Source: an uncultured Holophagaceae bacterium (GTDB lineage Bacteria; Acidobacteriota; Holophagae; Holophagales; Holophagaceae). From it: 64,000 bases of DNA. A program made the translations under genes and the position numbers. The stretch spans positions 13,483 to 77,482 of the forward strand of contig CAIWKE010000034.1 of the NCBI GenBank assembly GCA_903913215.1, written 5' to 3'. Under the pieces are notes generated by a model. It did no database searches. It had not been told where the DNA came from and was given only the letters and a program-made list of their open reading frames with translations. Below are positions 1 through 9,444 of this stretch, one piece after another (positions within the stretch are counted from its first letter, which is position 1; each line of letters opens with the position of its first letter).

Positions 1-171
1 AAGTCGGCCTCCCTGGACTCCACCCATGACACCACCCGGGTCATTACGGCCTTTGGCTTCGGCTATCAGTGGAGCGCCGCCCTGGGCACCGAGCTCCGCC
101 TGACCAATTCCAAGGTGAGCAGCACCTTCAAGGGCAATACCATGCAGGCTGGAGTCACCCTCCGGTTCTGA
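1..171 (+). CDS. Outer-membrane beta-barrel protein, C-terminal fragment (5' end outside window)
   Basis: Frame 1 is open from the window edge to TGA at 169-171. Alternating beta-strand-like pattern (ITAFGFGYQW ... MQAGVTLRF) ends in a terminal Phe, typical of an OMP beta-signal. Confidence 0.5.
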   Translation, partial: KSASLDSTHDTTRVITAFGFGYQWSAALGTELRLTNSKVSSTFKGNTMQAGVTLRF

Positions 172-174
172 ACC

Positions 175-1644
175 TCAGACCCCGTAATCCTTCCAGCGCT
201 GCGCCACCTTGGCGAGCACATCCTCTGGAAACACCAGATCCCGGGGCCACTCGCGGGCGTAGCCATCCCAGGGGCGGTTCTTGCGGGTGGCGTCCACGCC
301 CACCTTGGAGCCGAAGGCGAAGCGGTCGCTGGCATGGTCCAGCACATCCAGGGGGCCCTCGGTGAAGAGCAGGTCACGCTTGGGATCCACGTTGCTGGTG
401 AGACGGAACAGCACCTCGCCCAGGTCATGGGGATCGATGTCCTCATCCACCACCACGATGCCCTTGGTGAACATGATCTGGCCCGTACCCCAGATGGCGT
501 TCATGACTTTTTGGGCATGGCCCGGGTATTCCTTGCGCATGGAGAGGATCACCAGATTGTGGAAGGCGCCCGCCGCAGGCAGGTGCATGTCGCGAATTTC
601 GGGTAGCACCAGACGCAGCAGAGGCAGGAAGATCCGCTCCGTGGCCAGACCCAGGTAGGCATCCTCCTGGGGGGGGCGACCCACGATGGTGGCGGGGAAC
701 ACCGGGTTCTTCCGCATGGTGATGGCTTCTACATGCAGCACAGGATAATCATCGGCCAGGGAGTAGTAGCCCGTGTGGTCGCCGAAGGGGCCCTCGCGGC
801 GCAGCTCACCGGGGTTCACATAGCCTTCGATGACCAGCTCTGAATCCGCCGGCACTTCCAGGTCGTTGGTGAGGCAGGGCACCATCTCGATGCCCTCCCC
901 CCGCAGGAAGCCCGCGAACATGACCTCACTGATGAAGGGCGGCAGGGGAGCAGTGGCGGCATAGGTGAGGGCCGGGTCGCCGCCAAAGCTCACGGCCACG
1001 GGCATGCGCTCACTGCGGTCGTAGCCGTGGCGGTTCCGGGCGCCATCGTGGTGCAGTTGGGTGTGGAAGCCCAGGGTGCGATCGTCATAGACCTGCAGGC
1101 GGTAGAGGCCCACGTTGCGGTGGCCGGTCTGCTTGTTGCGCGTGTGGCTCATCCCCAGGGTGATGAAAGGACCGCCGTCCTCGGGCCAGGTGGTGAGCAC
1201 CGGCAGCTCCGTGAGCTTCACCTGATCGCCCTTGAGGACCACCTCCTGGCAGATCCCCTTGCGCACGGTCTTGGGCATCCAATTGGAGACCTCGGCCAGC
1301 ACCGGCAGCTTGGCCAGTTTCTCGAAGAAGCCCGTGCCGGGCTTGGGCATGGCCTCCTGCACCAGCTTCTCGATGCGGTCCGCGATGGCGTCCAGGCCAC
1401 GGGGTTCTTGGTCCACACCCAGGGCCATCTCCATGCGCTTGAGGCTGCCGAAGGCGTTCATGGCCACGGGCATGGCCTTGCCTGTGGGCTGCTCGAAAAG
1501 CAGGGCTTTGCCACCCCCCGGCTGCTTGGAGACCTTGTCCGCGATGACCCCCATCTCCAGGAAGGGGTCCACCTCGGGCTTCACCCGGCTCAGTTCGCCG
1601 GCGGCTTCGAGCTGTTTTAGGAAGGTCTGGAAGTCGCGGCTCAT
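175..1644 (-). CDS. UbiD-family (prenylated-FMN dependent) decarboxylase
   Basis: ORF 175..1710 trimmed to the ATG at 1644 (MSRDFQTFLKQLE). Full-length resemblance to UbiD/menaquinone-biosynthesis decarboxylases (GPFGDHTGYYS, IVVVDEDIDPHD). Confidence 0.85.
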   Translation of the reverse strand: MSRDFQTFLKQLEAAGELSRVKPEVDPFLEMGVIADKVSKQPGGGKALLFEQPTGKAMPVAMNAFGSLKRMEMALGVDQEPRGLDAIADRIEKLVQEAMPKPGTGFFEKLAKLPVLAEVSNWMPKTVRKGICQEVVLKGDQVKLTELPVLTTWPEDGGPFITLGMSHTRNKQTGHRNVGLYRLQVYDDRTLGFHTQLHHDGARNRHGYDRSERMPVAVSFGGDPALTYAATAPLPPFISEVMFAGFLRGEGIEMVPCLTNDLEVPADSELVIEGYVNPGELRREGPFGDHTGYYSLADDYPVLHVEAITMRKNPVFPATIVGRPPQEDAYLGLATERIFLPLLRLVLPEIRDMHLPAAGAFHNLVILSMRKEYPGHAQKVMNAIWGTGQIMFTKGIVVVDEDIDPHDLGEVLFRLTSNVDPKRDLLFTEGPLDVLDHASDRFAFGSKVGVDATRKNRPWDGYAREWPRDLVFPEDVLAKVAQRWKDYGV

Positions 1645-1737
1645 GGGGGCATGATCCCACCCCCGTTGGTGCGACGGAAGCCACCCTTGGTCCAAAAGCC
1701 TGGACGGCATCGCGGAATCGGATCGATCCTGAACCCC

Positions 1738-2727
1738 ATGGACCGCGAAAGCCTTGTCAGAACCTCACCCCTGCGCTGGCTCCTCCAGGCCAGCCTCCTG
1801 GGGGCCCTCATCGGCCTGGGGGTGCAGGCGGCGGCGGGCGGCCCCTTTTGGCACGCCAGCAAGTCCATGGGGGTGGGGGTCATCTTCAGTCTGGTGATGT
1901 GGGGCGGCTTCGACCTCTTCCACATCCCCGTGGAGCACATCCCCCGCCACTGGTCCGCCGGTCGCATCGGCTTGGTCTCGGTGACATGGATGCTCCTGCT
2001 CTATACCGTGCTGCTGGCCACTTCGATCCTGCTCGTGCGCCTCTGCACCGGCGTCAACTTCCTCCAGTTCCGGCTGATCCTGATCTTCAGCGGTCTGGCG
2101 GGCCTGGCTGCCTCCGGCATCATCGGCATGAAGGAGACCATTGAGCACCAGGTTCGGGCCGAGCGGGCCCTGGCCCAGGCCGAGGCGCGGGCCAGCTTCC
2201 TGGGCCTCCAGGCTCAGCTCCAGCCCCACACCCTCTTCAACGCCCTCAACACTATCGCCGCGCTCATCCCTGAAGATCCCCGCCGCGCCGAGGAGGCCAC
2301 CGAGCGGCTCTCGGCCCTGCTGCGCCGCGTGCTGGGCGCCCTGGAGCAACCCCTCTGGCCCCTGCGGGAGGAATTCCAGCTGCTGGAGCACCTGCTGCGT
2401 CTGGAGGAGCTGCGCTTCGGCGAGCGGCTCCACTTCGACCTCGTTCTGGACCCCGCCATGGCTGAGACACCCGTGCCGCCCCTCCTGCTGCTGCCCCTGG
2501 TCGAGAACGCCCTCAAGCACGGCTTCAGGCCCAAGGTGGGCCCCTGTCACTTGCGCGTGGAGGCCGCCGCGGGGGCCATCCGCATCCAGGACGACGGCGA
2601 GGGTCGTGCCACCACGGCCGTCGAGGGCCTGGGCCTGCGCACGGTGCGCGAGCGCCTGGAGGCTTCCGGCGGCGCCTTGACCTGGCCGACGGTGGCCCAG
2701 GGCTGTGCCGTGGAGGTGCGGCTCTGA
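1738..2727 (+). CDS. LytS/YehU-type sensor histidine kinase
   Basis: N-terminal TM segments. His_kinase-type H-box LQPHTLFNALNTIAALI. HATPase motifs LLLLPLVENALKHG and IRIQDDGEG. Start uncertain (1651 or ATG at 1738). Confidence 0.8.
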   Translation: MDRESLVRTSPLRWLLQASLLGALIGLGVQAAAGGPFWHASKSMGVGVIFSLVMWGGFDLFHIPVEHIPRHWSAGRIGLVSVTWMLLLYTVLLATSILLVRLCTGVNFLQFRLILIFSGLAGLAASGIIGMKETIEHQVRAERALAQAEARASFLGLQAQLQPHTLFNALNTIAALIPEDPRRAEEATERLSALLRRVLGALEQPLWPLREEFQLLEHLLRLEELRFGERLHFDLVLDPAMAETPVPPLLLLPLVENALKHGFRPKVGPCHLRVEAAAGAIRIQDDGEGRATTAVEGLGLRTVRERLEASGGALTWPTVAQGCAVEVRL

Positions 2728-3488
2728 TGCCCCTGCGTTACGCCCTCATCGAGGACGAGCCCCCAGCCCGGGCCCGCCTCAAGCGCCTGGTCAGCGAACT
2801 GGCCCCGGGTTCCGAGTGCCTGGCTGAAGCCGCTGATGGCGTGGCGGGACTGGAGTTGCTGCGGACGCAAAGGCCTGACCTGCTGTTTCTGGATATCGAG
2901 TTCCCTCCGGGCGGCGCCTTCGCCCTGCTGGAGCAGGCCCGCCAGGCGGGCATCGCCCTGCCTCCCATCGCCTTCGTCACCGCCTTCGACCAGCACGCCC
3001 TGGAGGCCTTCCGCTGGGCTGCCTGCGACTACCTGCTGAAGCCTGTGGACCGGGAGCGCCTCCAGGAAACTCTGGCCCGGGTGCAGCGGCTGGAACCCGC
3101 CCCGGCACCAGACTTGGCCCTGCTCCTCCAGGCCCTGGAGGCCACGCGCCGCAGCTCAGCTCCTGAGCGCTTCACAGTGCTGGTGAAGGGCCGCCTCCTA
3201 GTGCTGGGCTGGGCCCAGGTGAGCCACCTCCGCACGGAAAATCGCCTGCTCTTCGTGCATACGCCCGAGGGTCGCTTCGTGCTGGACCGCAGCCTGGACG
3301 AGCTGGAGACCCTGCTGGCGCCGCGTTTCCTGCGGACCCACCGCTCGGCCATGGTGGCTCTCGACGCCATCAAGGAGCTGCTGCCCGACCCCGGCGGCAC
3401 CGGGGAGTTGCGCCTGGAGGATGGCAGCCGGGTCCCCGTGAGCCGCGAGCGCATGCCAACGCTGAGGACTCGGCTGGGAAGCCTCTAG
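2727..3488 (+). CDS. LytR/AlgR-family response regulator (receiver + LytTR DNA-binding domain)
   Basis: Receiver motifs (DLLFLDIEFP, FVTAFDQHA). C-terminal LytTR-like segment (FLRTHRSAMVALDAI). Its start overlaps the kinase stop (TGATG). Confidence 0.85.
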   Translation: MPLRYALIEDEPPARARLKRLVSELAPGSECLAEAADGVAGLELLRTQRPDLLFLDIEFPPGGAFALLEQARQAGIALPPIAFVTAFDQHALEAFRWAACDYLLKPVDRERLQETLARVQRLEPAPAPDLALLLQALEATRRSSAPERFTVLVKGRLLVLGWAQVSHLRTENRLLFVHTPEGRFVLDRSLDELETLLAPRFLRTHRSAMVALDAIKELLPDPGGTGELRLEDGSRVPVSRERMPTLRTRLGSL

Positions 3489-3591
3489 CCCCACTGGTTC
3501 GCCCTTTCCCCCCGTTGGTCCGTCTCCCAACGCAACCGCCAAGGCGAAACCCGAGACTGGATTCAGCACCGATGTGCTCCCCGGAGTCCCC

Positions 3592-4302
3592 ATGCGCCCC
3601 CTCCTCCTCGTGCTGCCCGCTGTTCTCTGCTTCGCCCAGGAGCCTGGCCTGCCCGCCCAGCTGGCCCGCCTCCAGCGCCTGCCCACGGAAGAGCTGCGCG
3701 CCCTCCAGGCCCGACTGGCCGTGGACCCCGCTCCAGCGGAGAAGAAGGCCTACCACGAGCTGCACTTGGCCTACGCCTTGGCCAGCCGCAGCACCCAGGA
3801 CGATCCCAAGGGTTCCAAGGCCCTGGTGGAGCGCAGCCTGAAGACCTTCGAGAACACACCCGACCCCGAGAGCAAAGCCCTGGTGGCCGCCTTCCTGGGT
3901 CTGAAGATCGGCTTCTCGCCCATGTCCGCCATGACCCTCAGTGGTCGGGCCAGCCGCCTCTTCGAGGAGGCCCTGGCCAAGCAGCCCGCCAGCCCCCGCA
4001 TCGCCCTGCTCCAGGCGGTCCAGATCCTGCACACACCGGCCTTCGTGGGCGGCGGCGCCAAGGCTGCTCTGCCCCTCATGGAAAAGGCCGTGAAGCTGGG
4101 CGAGCAGGAGACAGCCCCCACGGATCCCTGGGCACCGGCCTGGGGCCGCATCGAGAGCCTGAACTGGCTGGCCTACACCCAGGTGGAGGCCGACCTGCTG
4201 CCCGAGGCCCGCAGGACCGTGGACCTGGCGCTGGCTCTGGACCCGAACAATGCCTTCATTGCCCGCATGGTCCAGCCACGGCTGCAGGCCAAGGCCAAGT
4301 GA
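3592..4302 (+). CDS. Secreted helical-repeat (TPR-like) protein, function unknown
   Basis: Signal peptide MRPLLLVLPAVLCFAQE. Ala/Leu-rich helical repeats. Stop overlaps the start of the downstream TonB-dependent receptor. Confidence 0.5.
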   Translation: MRPLLLVLPAVLCFAQEPGLPAQLARLQRLPTEELRALQARLAVDPAPAEKKAYHELHLAYALASRSTQDDPKGSKALVERSLKTFENTPDPESKALVAAFLGLKIGFSPMSAMTLSGRASRLFEEALAKQPASPRIALLQAVQILHTPAFVGGGAKAALPLMEKAVKLGEQETAPTDPWAPAWGRIESLNWLAYTQVEADLLPEARRTVDLALALDPNNAFIARMVQPRLQAKAK

Positions 4303-6431
4303 TGCTGGCTGCCCTGGTTTCTGCGGCCCTGGAGCTGACCGGCTTGGTGCTCGGCCCCGGCGCCAAGCCCCTGCCTGGTGCCCGCATCGAAGTGGGCGGC
4401 CTGGTCTTCGTGAGCGACTCCCATGGCAAATTCGTCCTGCCTTGCGATTCCCCCGCGGCCCTCCAGGTGCGGATCAGCGCTCCGGGCATGGAGCCCCAGA
4501 CCCGCACGGGCCGTCCCGGAGAAGCTCTGCTGGTGCTGCTGGAACCCCAGGCCCGCGAGGCTTCCGTCGAGGTGGTGGAGGGCAGCGGCTACAGCAGCCA
4601 GGAGGGCAGCGGCACCTCCACCCTGTCCCGGTTGGAGATCTACACCACTCCCGGCGCGGCCGCGGATGTCATGCAGGCGGCCAAAGGTCTCCCGGGCGTC
4701 AGCAACGCCAGTGAGGGCGCGGAGCTTTTCGTGCGCGGCGGCAAGCCCGAGGAGGTGGGCATCTGGCTCAATGGCGGGCGTCTGAGCCATCCCTTCCACC
4801 ATCCCAGCACCCAGGGTGGCATCTTCTCCTCCGTGGATACGGCCCTGGTCACCCGGGTTGACTTCGTGCCCGGGGCCTTTTCCGCCCGCTACGGGGATGC
4901 CCTCTCGGCCATCCTCGACATCTCCACGGACCAGGCCACCCCGGCGACCTCGAACACCCTGCTGGTGACCATCCCCACCCAGGGCTTCGCCGCTGAGCGG
5001 CCTGTGGGGCCGGGACTGCTGCGGGCCTCGATCCGGCGCTCGGACACGGTGCTGCTGGACAAGTGGTACGGGCTGGCGCCCTCCTTCGAGGAATCCCCCA
5101 TCTCCCACGACGCCCAGCTCAACTGGCAGCAGCCCCTGGGGAGCGGGCGGCTGGTGGCCACGGGCCTCTTCTCCGTGGACCACCTGGCCACGGACGTGAC
5201 CATCGCCAATCTCAAGGACAGCTACCGCAACCGCAGCAACACCGAGTTCGGGGCCCTCCAGTGGAACGGCACCTTGGGAGACAAGGCCGGCCTCTCGGTG
5301 TCGGCCTCGGAGAGCCTCTCCCGCATCACCTGGACTTTCAACCGCTGGGGCATCGATCAGCTGGAGCGCAGCCGCTCGGCCCGGGCTGAGCTGACACTCC
5401 CCCTGGGCGAAGCCCTGAGCCTGGAGGGCGGCACAGACCTGGACCGCACCCATGCGGATCCTCAAGGTCAGGTGCCCCTGGACCTGGCCAACTGGAATCC
5501 CGCCTCGGGGGCCCGGAGCTTCGCCTACGGCTTCGACACCTCGCGAACGGGCGCCTACCTCACCAGCCGCTTCCACCTCACGCCGCGCCTGGGCCTCTCA
5601 TTAGGGGGCCGGACAGACCGCTACGGCCTCAACCATGAGACCACCCGGGACCTGCGGGCCACCCTCTCTTACCTCATCCAGGAGGGCATCACCTTCCGGC
5701 TGGCGGGGGGCACCTTCCACCAGGCCCCCCTGACGACCATGCTGGATCCCCACGCGGGCAACCCCAACCTGGCCATCCAACGGGCCACCCACGCCCTGGC
5801 CTCCCTCGATGCCGCCTGGAAGGGGGCCGCCAGCTGGAACTTCCGCATGGAGGTCTACCGCAAGGACTACGACCACCTGATCGTGAAGGATCCAGTCCTG
5901 AGATATCTGTCCACGGGCCGGGGCTACGCTCAGGGCGTGGACCTGCTGGTGAAAGCCGCCACGGAGAGCTGGCATGGCTGGATCGGCTACGGCTACCTGG
6001 ACACCAAGCGGAAGGAGGACATTCAGCTCGGCCTGGGCCCCGCCGCCACCAGCGTGCCCCACAACCTGACGGCCGTCTCCAGCCACACCCTGGCCCCGGG
6101 CTGGGAGCTGGCGGGCACCTTCCGCTATGCCAGCGGGGCGCCGGTGACTCCGATCCTGGGAGCGACGCCCAACCCAGGGGGCGGTTGGGACCCCATCCAG
6201 GGGAGCCCCTTCTCGGACGCCCTGCCCCTCTACCACCGCCTGGACCTGCGCCTAACCCACCTCTTCGCCTGGAAGGGTGGCCGCTGGGTCGTCTTCGGCG
6301 AGGCCATGAACCTGCTGGGCCGACATAACGTGTCCGCCTACACCTACACCCCGGATTACAGCGCCCGTCAGGTCAACGAGAGCTACTTCAGCCGCCGCAT
6401 CTTCGTAGCGGGGCTCAGCCTCTCCTGGTGA
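4299..6431 (+). CDS. TonB-dependent outer-membrane receptor with N-terminal carboxypeptidase-regulatory-like domain
   Basis: Plug-like region (IYTTPGAAADVMQAAKGLPGV ... LFVRGG). Long beta-barrel region with a terminal aromatic residue (GLSLSW). Confidence 0.8.
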   Translation: MMLAALVSAALELTGLVLGPGAKPLPGARIEVGGLVFVSDSHGKFVLPCDSPAALQVRISAPGMEPQTRTGRPGEALLVLLEPQAREASVEVVEGSGYSSQEGSGTSTLSRLEIYTTPGAAADVMQAAKGLPGVSNASEGAELFVRGGKPEEVGIWLNGGRLSHPFHHPSTQGGIFSSVDTALVTRVDFVPGAFSARYGDALSAILDISTDQATPATSNTLLVTIPTQGFAAERPVGPGLLRASIRRSDTVLLDKWYGLAPSFEESPISHDAQLNWQQPLGSGRLVATGLFSVDHLATDVTIANLKDSYRNRSNTEFGALQWNGTLGDKAGLSVSASESLSRITWTFNRWGIDQLERSRSARAELTLPLGEALSLEGGTDLDRTHADPQGQVPLDLANWNPASGARSFAYGFDTSRTGAYLTSRFHLTPRLGLSLGGRTDRYGLNHETTRDLRATLSYLIQEGITFRLAGGTFHQAPLTTMLDPHAGNPNLAIQRATHALASLDAAWKGAASWNFRMEVYRKDYDHLIVKDPVLRYLSTGRGYAQGVDLLVKAATESWHGWIGYGYLDTKRKEDIQLGLGPAATSVPHNLTAVSSHTLAPGWELAGTFRYASGAPVTPILGATPNPGGGWDPIQGSPFSDALPLYHRLDLRLTHLFAWKGGRWVVFGEAMNLLGRHNVSAYTYTPDYSARQVNESYFSRRIFVAGLSLSW

Positions 6432-6455
6432 TACCGCCCGGGGCAGGAATTTCCC

Positions 6456-6484
6456 TTGAGCCTGAAGGGATTTCCTTCCATACT
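6456..6484 (+). promoter_or_regulatory. Putative sigma70-type promoter for rplU-rpmA (TTGAGC-N17-CATACT)
   Basis: Hexamers TTGAGC (6456-6461) and CATACT (6479-6484) are spaced 17 nt apart, about 80 nt upstream of the rplU ATG. Confidence 0.3.
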
Positions 6485-6563
6485 GATCGGCCTTGCCCTG
6501 GCTGTGGGCTCCCAAGTGCGTCCGATGGACCGCCGCCCCCACGCCCCAACTGAAGAGGTTTCC

Positions 6564-6875
6564 ATGTTCGCAATCATCAAGACCGGCGGGAAGCAGTACC
6601 GCGTTTCCGAGGGTGATGTCATCCGCGTGGAAACGCTCTCCCAGAATCCCAAGGAAGTCGTCACCTTCGACCAGGTTCTGCTCATCGACAACGAGGGCGA
6701 GCTGAAGGTCGGCCAGCCCATGGTCGCCGGCGCCACCGTCGAGGCCGTGGTCGTCACTCATGACCGCGCCAAGAAGGTCATCATCTTCAAGAAGAAGCGC
6801 ACCACCACCTACCAGCGCACCCAGGGTCACCGCCAGAACTACACCGAGGTTCGTATCAAGGCCATCAATTCCTAA
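6564..6875 (+). CDS. rplU: 50S ribosomal protein L21
   Basis: MFAIIKTGGKQYRVSEGDVIRVE is the canonical L21 N-terminus. The ORF was trimmed from 6456 to the ATG at 6564. Confidence 0.95.
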   Translation: MFAIIKTGGKQYRVSEGDVIRVETLSQNPKEVVTFDQVLLIDNEGELKVGQPMVAGATVEAVVVTHDRAKKVIIFKKKRTTTYQRTQGHRQNYTEVRIKAINS

Positions 6876-6956
6876 CTGTTTCGCCACCGGCGAAACATGC
6901 AGGGACTGAAAAGCGTTCTTCCGATTATTCGATTCCAAAGTTGAAGAGGTAATTCC

Positions 6957-7217
6957 ATGGCACATAAAAAAGGCGTCGGTTCCAGTCGTAACGGTCGCGA
7001 TTCCCATTCCCAGCGCCTGGGCGTGAAGGAATTCGGCGGCGAGCTGGTTCCCAGCGGCTCCATCCTGGTCCGTCAGCGCGGCACCAAGTTCAAGGCCGGC
7101 ATCAACGTCGGCATGGGCAAGGACCACACCCTGTTCGCCCTGACCCACGGGAAGGTGCGCTTCCAGGACAAGGGCCAGTCCGGTCGCTTCATCCACATTG
7201 ATCCCATCGAAGGGTAG
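6957..7217 (+). CDS. rpmA: 50S ribosomal protein L27
   Basis: [24 protein letters not shown] is the canonical L27 sequence. Confidence 0.95.
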   Translation: MAHKKGVGSSRNGRDSHSQRLGVKEFGGELVPSGSILVRQRGTKFKAGINVGMGKDHTLFALTHGKVRFQDKGQSGRFIHIDPIEG

Positions 7218-7264
7218 GCCCTTGTTGGGGGTTCCGCGTCTGCGCACCTCCATCCAGGCCCTCA

Positions 7265-7304
7265 TGCACAGGCCGGGCGTTGCCCGGCCTGTGTGCATTC
7301 TTTT
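7265..7304 (+). terminator. Rho-independent terminator after rpmA
   Basis: GC-rich hairpin GCACAGGCCGGGC-GTT-GCCCGGCCTGTGTGC followed by ATTCTTTT. Confidence 0.6.
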
Positions 7305-7371
7305 CCCTCCCTCAGAACAGGCACAGCTTGCTCTGAGCCAGCACTCATCCCCACAGAATTGAAGGCCCAAC

Positions 7372-8427
7372 GTGTTCCTTGACCAAGTCCAGCTCCACGT
7401 CGCTGCCGGCCACGGTGGCGCCGGTGCCATGAGCTTCCGCCGCGAGAAGTTCGCCCCCGAGGGCGGGCCTGACGGTGGTGACGGCGGCAAGGGCGGCTCC
7501 ATCTTCCTCCGGGCCAACAAGGCCCTGAACACCCTCAACCCCTACCGCAGCAAGCGCAACTTCACGGCCGAGCGCGGGCGCCAGGGCGAGGGCGGCATGT
7601 GCCACGGCAAGGACGGCATCGACATCACCCTGGAAGTGCCCCTGGGCACTCAGGTCAAGGACGGCGACACGGGCGAGCTGCTGGCGGAACTGCTCGAGCA
7701 CGGCGAACAGCTCTGTGTCGCCCGCGCGGGTCGCGGCGGCCTGGGCAATGCGAACTTCAAGAGTTCCACCAACCGCACGCCCCGGCACCATCAGCCCGGC
7801 GAAGAGGGCGAAGAGCGCAACCTCGACCTGGAGCTGAAGCTCATCGCCGATGTTGGCCTGGTGGGTTTCCCCAACGCCGGCAAGAGCACCTTGGTGAGCC
7901 GCCTCAGCGCCGCCCGCCCCAAGATCGCCAACTATCCCTTCACCACCCTGGAGCCCCAGCTCGGCGTGGTGAGCCTGGACCGCTTCGGGGGCGACCTCCT
8001 GGACAGCTGGGTCATCGCCGATATTCCCGGCCTCATTGAAGGCGCTGCCGAAGGCGCTGGCCTGGGCATCCAGTTCCTCCGCCACGTGGAGCGCACCCGC
8101 ATGCTCCTGCAGCTGGTGGACCTCTCGGACCCTATGGAAGAGCCCGCCGAGGCCATCCGTGTCATCGAGGGCGAAGTCATGGCCTTCAGTCCCGTGCTGG
8201 CGGCCAAGCCCCGCTGGCTGATCGGCACCAAATCGGACGCGCTGCAAGACGATGCGCGGCGCCTGGCCTTCGAGGCCATCTGCGCGGCCCGCAAGCAGAA
8301 GCCCTTCTACATCTCTGGCGTGACCGGCGAGGGCCTCAAGGAACTGGCCTTTGCCGTGAATGCTGCCCTGAAAGAAGGCGCCAGCCCCGCCACCCAGCGG
8401 GGCGAGATCGTGGAAGAGACCTGGTAA
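7372..8427 (+). CDS. obg: GTPase Obg/CgtA
   Basis: GTG start. Obg fold N-terminus (GGDGGKGGS). G-domain motifs GFPNAGKST and DIPGLIEGA. Conserved rplU-rpmA-obg synteny. Confidence 0.95.
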   Translation: MFLDQVQLHVAAGHGGAGAMSFRREKFAPEGGPDGGDGGKGGSIFLRANKALNTLNPYRSKRNFTAERGRQGEGGMCHGKDGIDITLEVPLGTQVKDGDTGELLAELLEHGEQLCVARAGRGGLGNANFKSSTNRTPRHHQPGEEGEERNLDLELKLIADVGLVGFPNAGKSTLVSRLSAARPKIANYPFTTLEPQLGVVSLDRFGGDLLDSWVIADIPGLIEGAAEGAGLGIQFLRHVERTRMLLQLVDLSDPMEEPAEAIRVIEGEVMAFSPVLAAKPRWLIGTKSDALQDDARRLAFEAICAARKQKPFYISGVTGEGLKELAFAVNAALKEGASPATQRGEIVEETW

Positions 8428-9041
8428 TGCGAGTCGGTCTCCTCGGAGGGGCGTTCAACCCCCCCCATGAAGGCCACCTCCAGTTGGCCCGCCTCGCCCT
8501 GGAGCATCTCGACCTGGATGAGCTGCGCTTCGTCCCCACGGCCATCAGCCCCCACAAGCCCGACCCCGGCAGTCCCAGCGCCGAGGCTCGCCTCCGCCTC
8601 ATCTCTGATGCCCTGTCGGGTTTTGATCCCAGGGTCAAGGTCGAGCCCTTGGAACTGGAGCGGGGCGGCACAAGCTACACCGTGGACACCCTGGAAGCGC
8701 TCACTCTGCGTGAGCCCCACAACCAGTGGATCCTCCTCATGGGCAGCGACCAGCTCCCGGGTCTTTCCCAGTGGCGCCACGTGGAGCGTGTCTTTCAGCT
8801 GGCCTCCGCCGCCGTGGCCCTCCGGCCTGGGGCGCCCTTCGACGCCCCCGATTTACCGGGTATCCAGATAAAATCGCGCTGGAGCGGGGCGCCCGGCGAG
8901 TTGGTGCGCCTCCCCTCCACGGAGCTGGACCTGGCTTCCACGGACCTTCGGGCCTGCCTCCAGGCCCGGCCTGCCGAGGATCCCGCTGGCCTGCCTCCGC
9001 AAGTTCTCCGTACCATCCGCACTGAAAACCTGTATTGTTAG
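8427..9041 (+). CDS. nadD: Nicotinate-nucleotide adenylyltransferase
   Basis: GGAFNPPHEGHL (the H/TxGH nucleotidyltransferase motif). Located in the obg-nadD-rsfS context. Confidence 0.9.
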   Translation: MRVGLLGGAFNPPHEGHLQLARLALEHLDLDELRFVPTAISPHKPDPGSPSAEARLRLISDALSGFDPRVKVEPLELERGGTSYTVDTLEALTLREPHNQWILLMGSDQLPGLSQWRHVERVFQLASAAVALRPGAPFDAPDLPGIQIKSRWSGAPGELVRLPSTELDLASTDLRACLQARPAEDPAGLPPQVLRTIRTENLYC

Positions 9042-9058
9042 CCTGCTCTGGAGCCCGC

Positions 9059-9433
9059 ATGACCCTTGATTCCCGGCTTGCGACCGTCGTCGACGCCGCC
9101 CGGTCCAAGAAAGCCTTCCGCATCCGCCTTGTGGACGTGAAGGACATCGCCAGCTTCACTGACACCTTCGCCTTCATGAGCGGCGGCAGTGATCGGCAGA
9201 ACCGCGCCATCGCTGGAGCCGTCGAGGACGCCCTCAAGGTCGAAGGTGAGCGCCCGATCTGCCGCGAGGGCGAGGCCAACGGCAACTGGGTCCTGCTCGA
9301 CTTCGGCAACCTGGTCGTTCACGTCATGGACGAAGAGACTCGCCGTCACTACAACCTTGAAGGTCTCTGGAGCGAGGGCCGCGAACTGGAACTGCCCGCA
9401 GAGGCCCACCCCGAATCCGACCTCCGTTCTTAG
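9059..9433 (+). CDS. rsfS: Ribosome silencing factor RsfS (Iojap family)
   Basis: DVKDIASFTDTFAFMSGGSDRQNRAIAGAVEDALK and WVLLDFGNLVVHVM are typical RsfS motifs. ATG at 9059. Confidence 0.9.
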   Translation: MTLDSRLATVVDAARSKKAFRIRLVDVKDIASFTDTFAFMSGGSDRQNRAIAGAVEDALKVEGERPICREGEANGNWVLLDFGNLVVHVMDEETRRHYNLEGLWSEGRELELPAEAHPESDLRS

Positions 9434-9444
9434 GAGTCACCGCC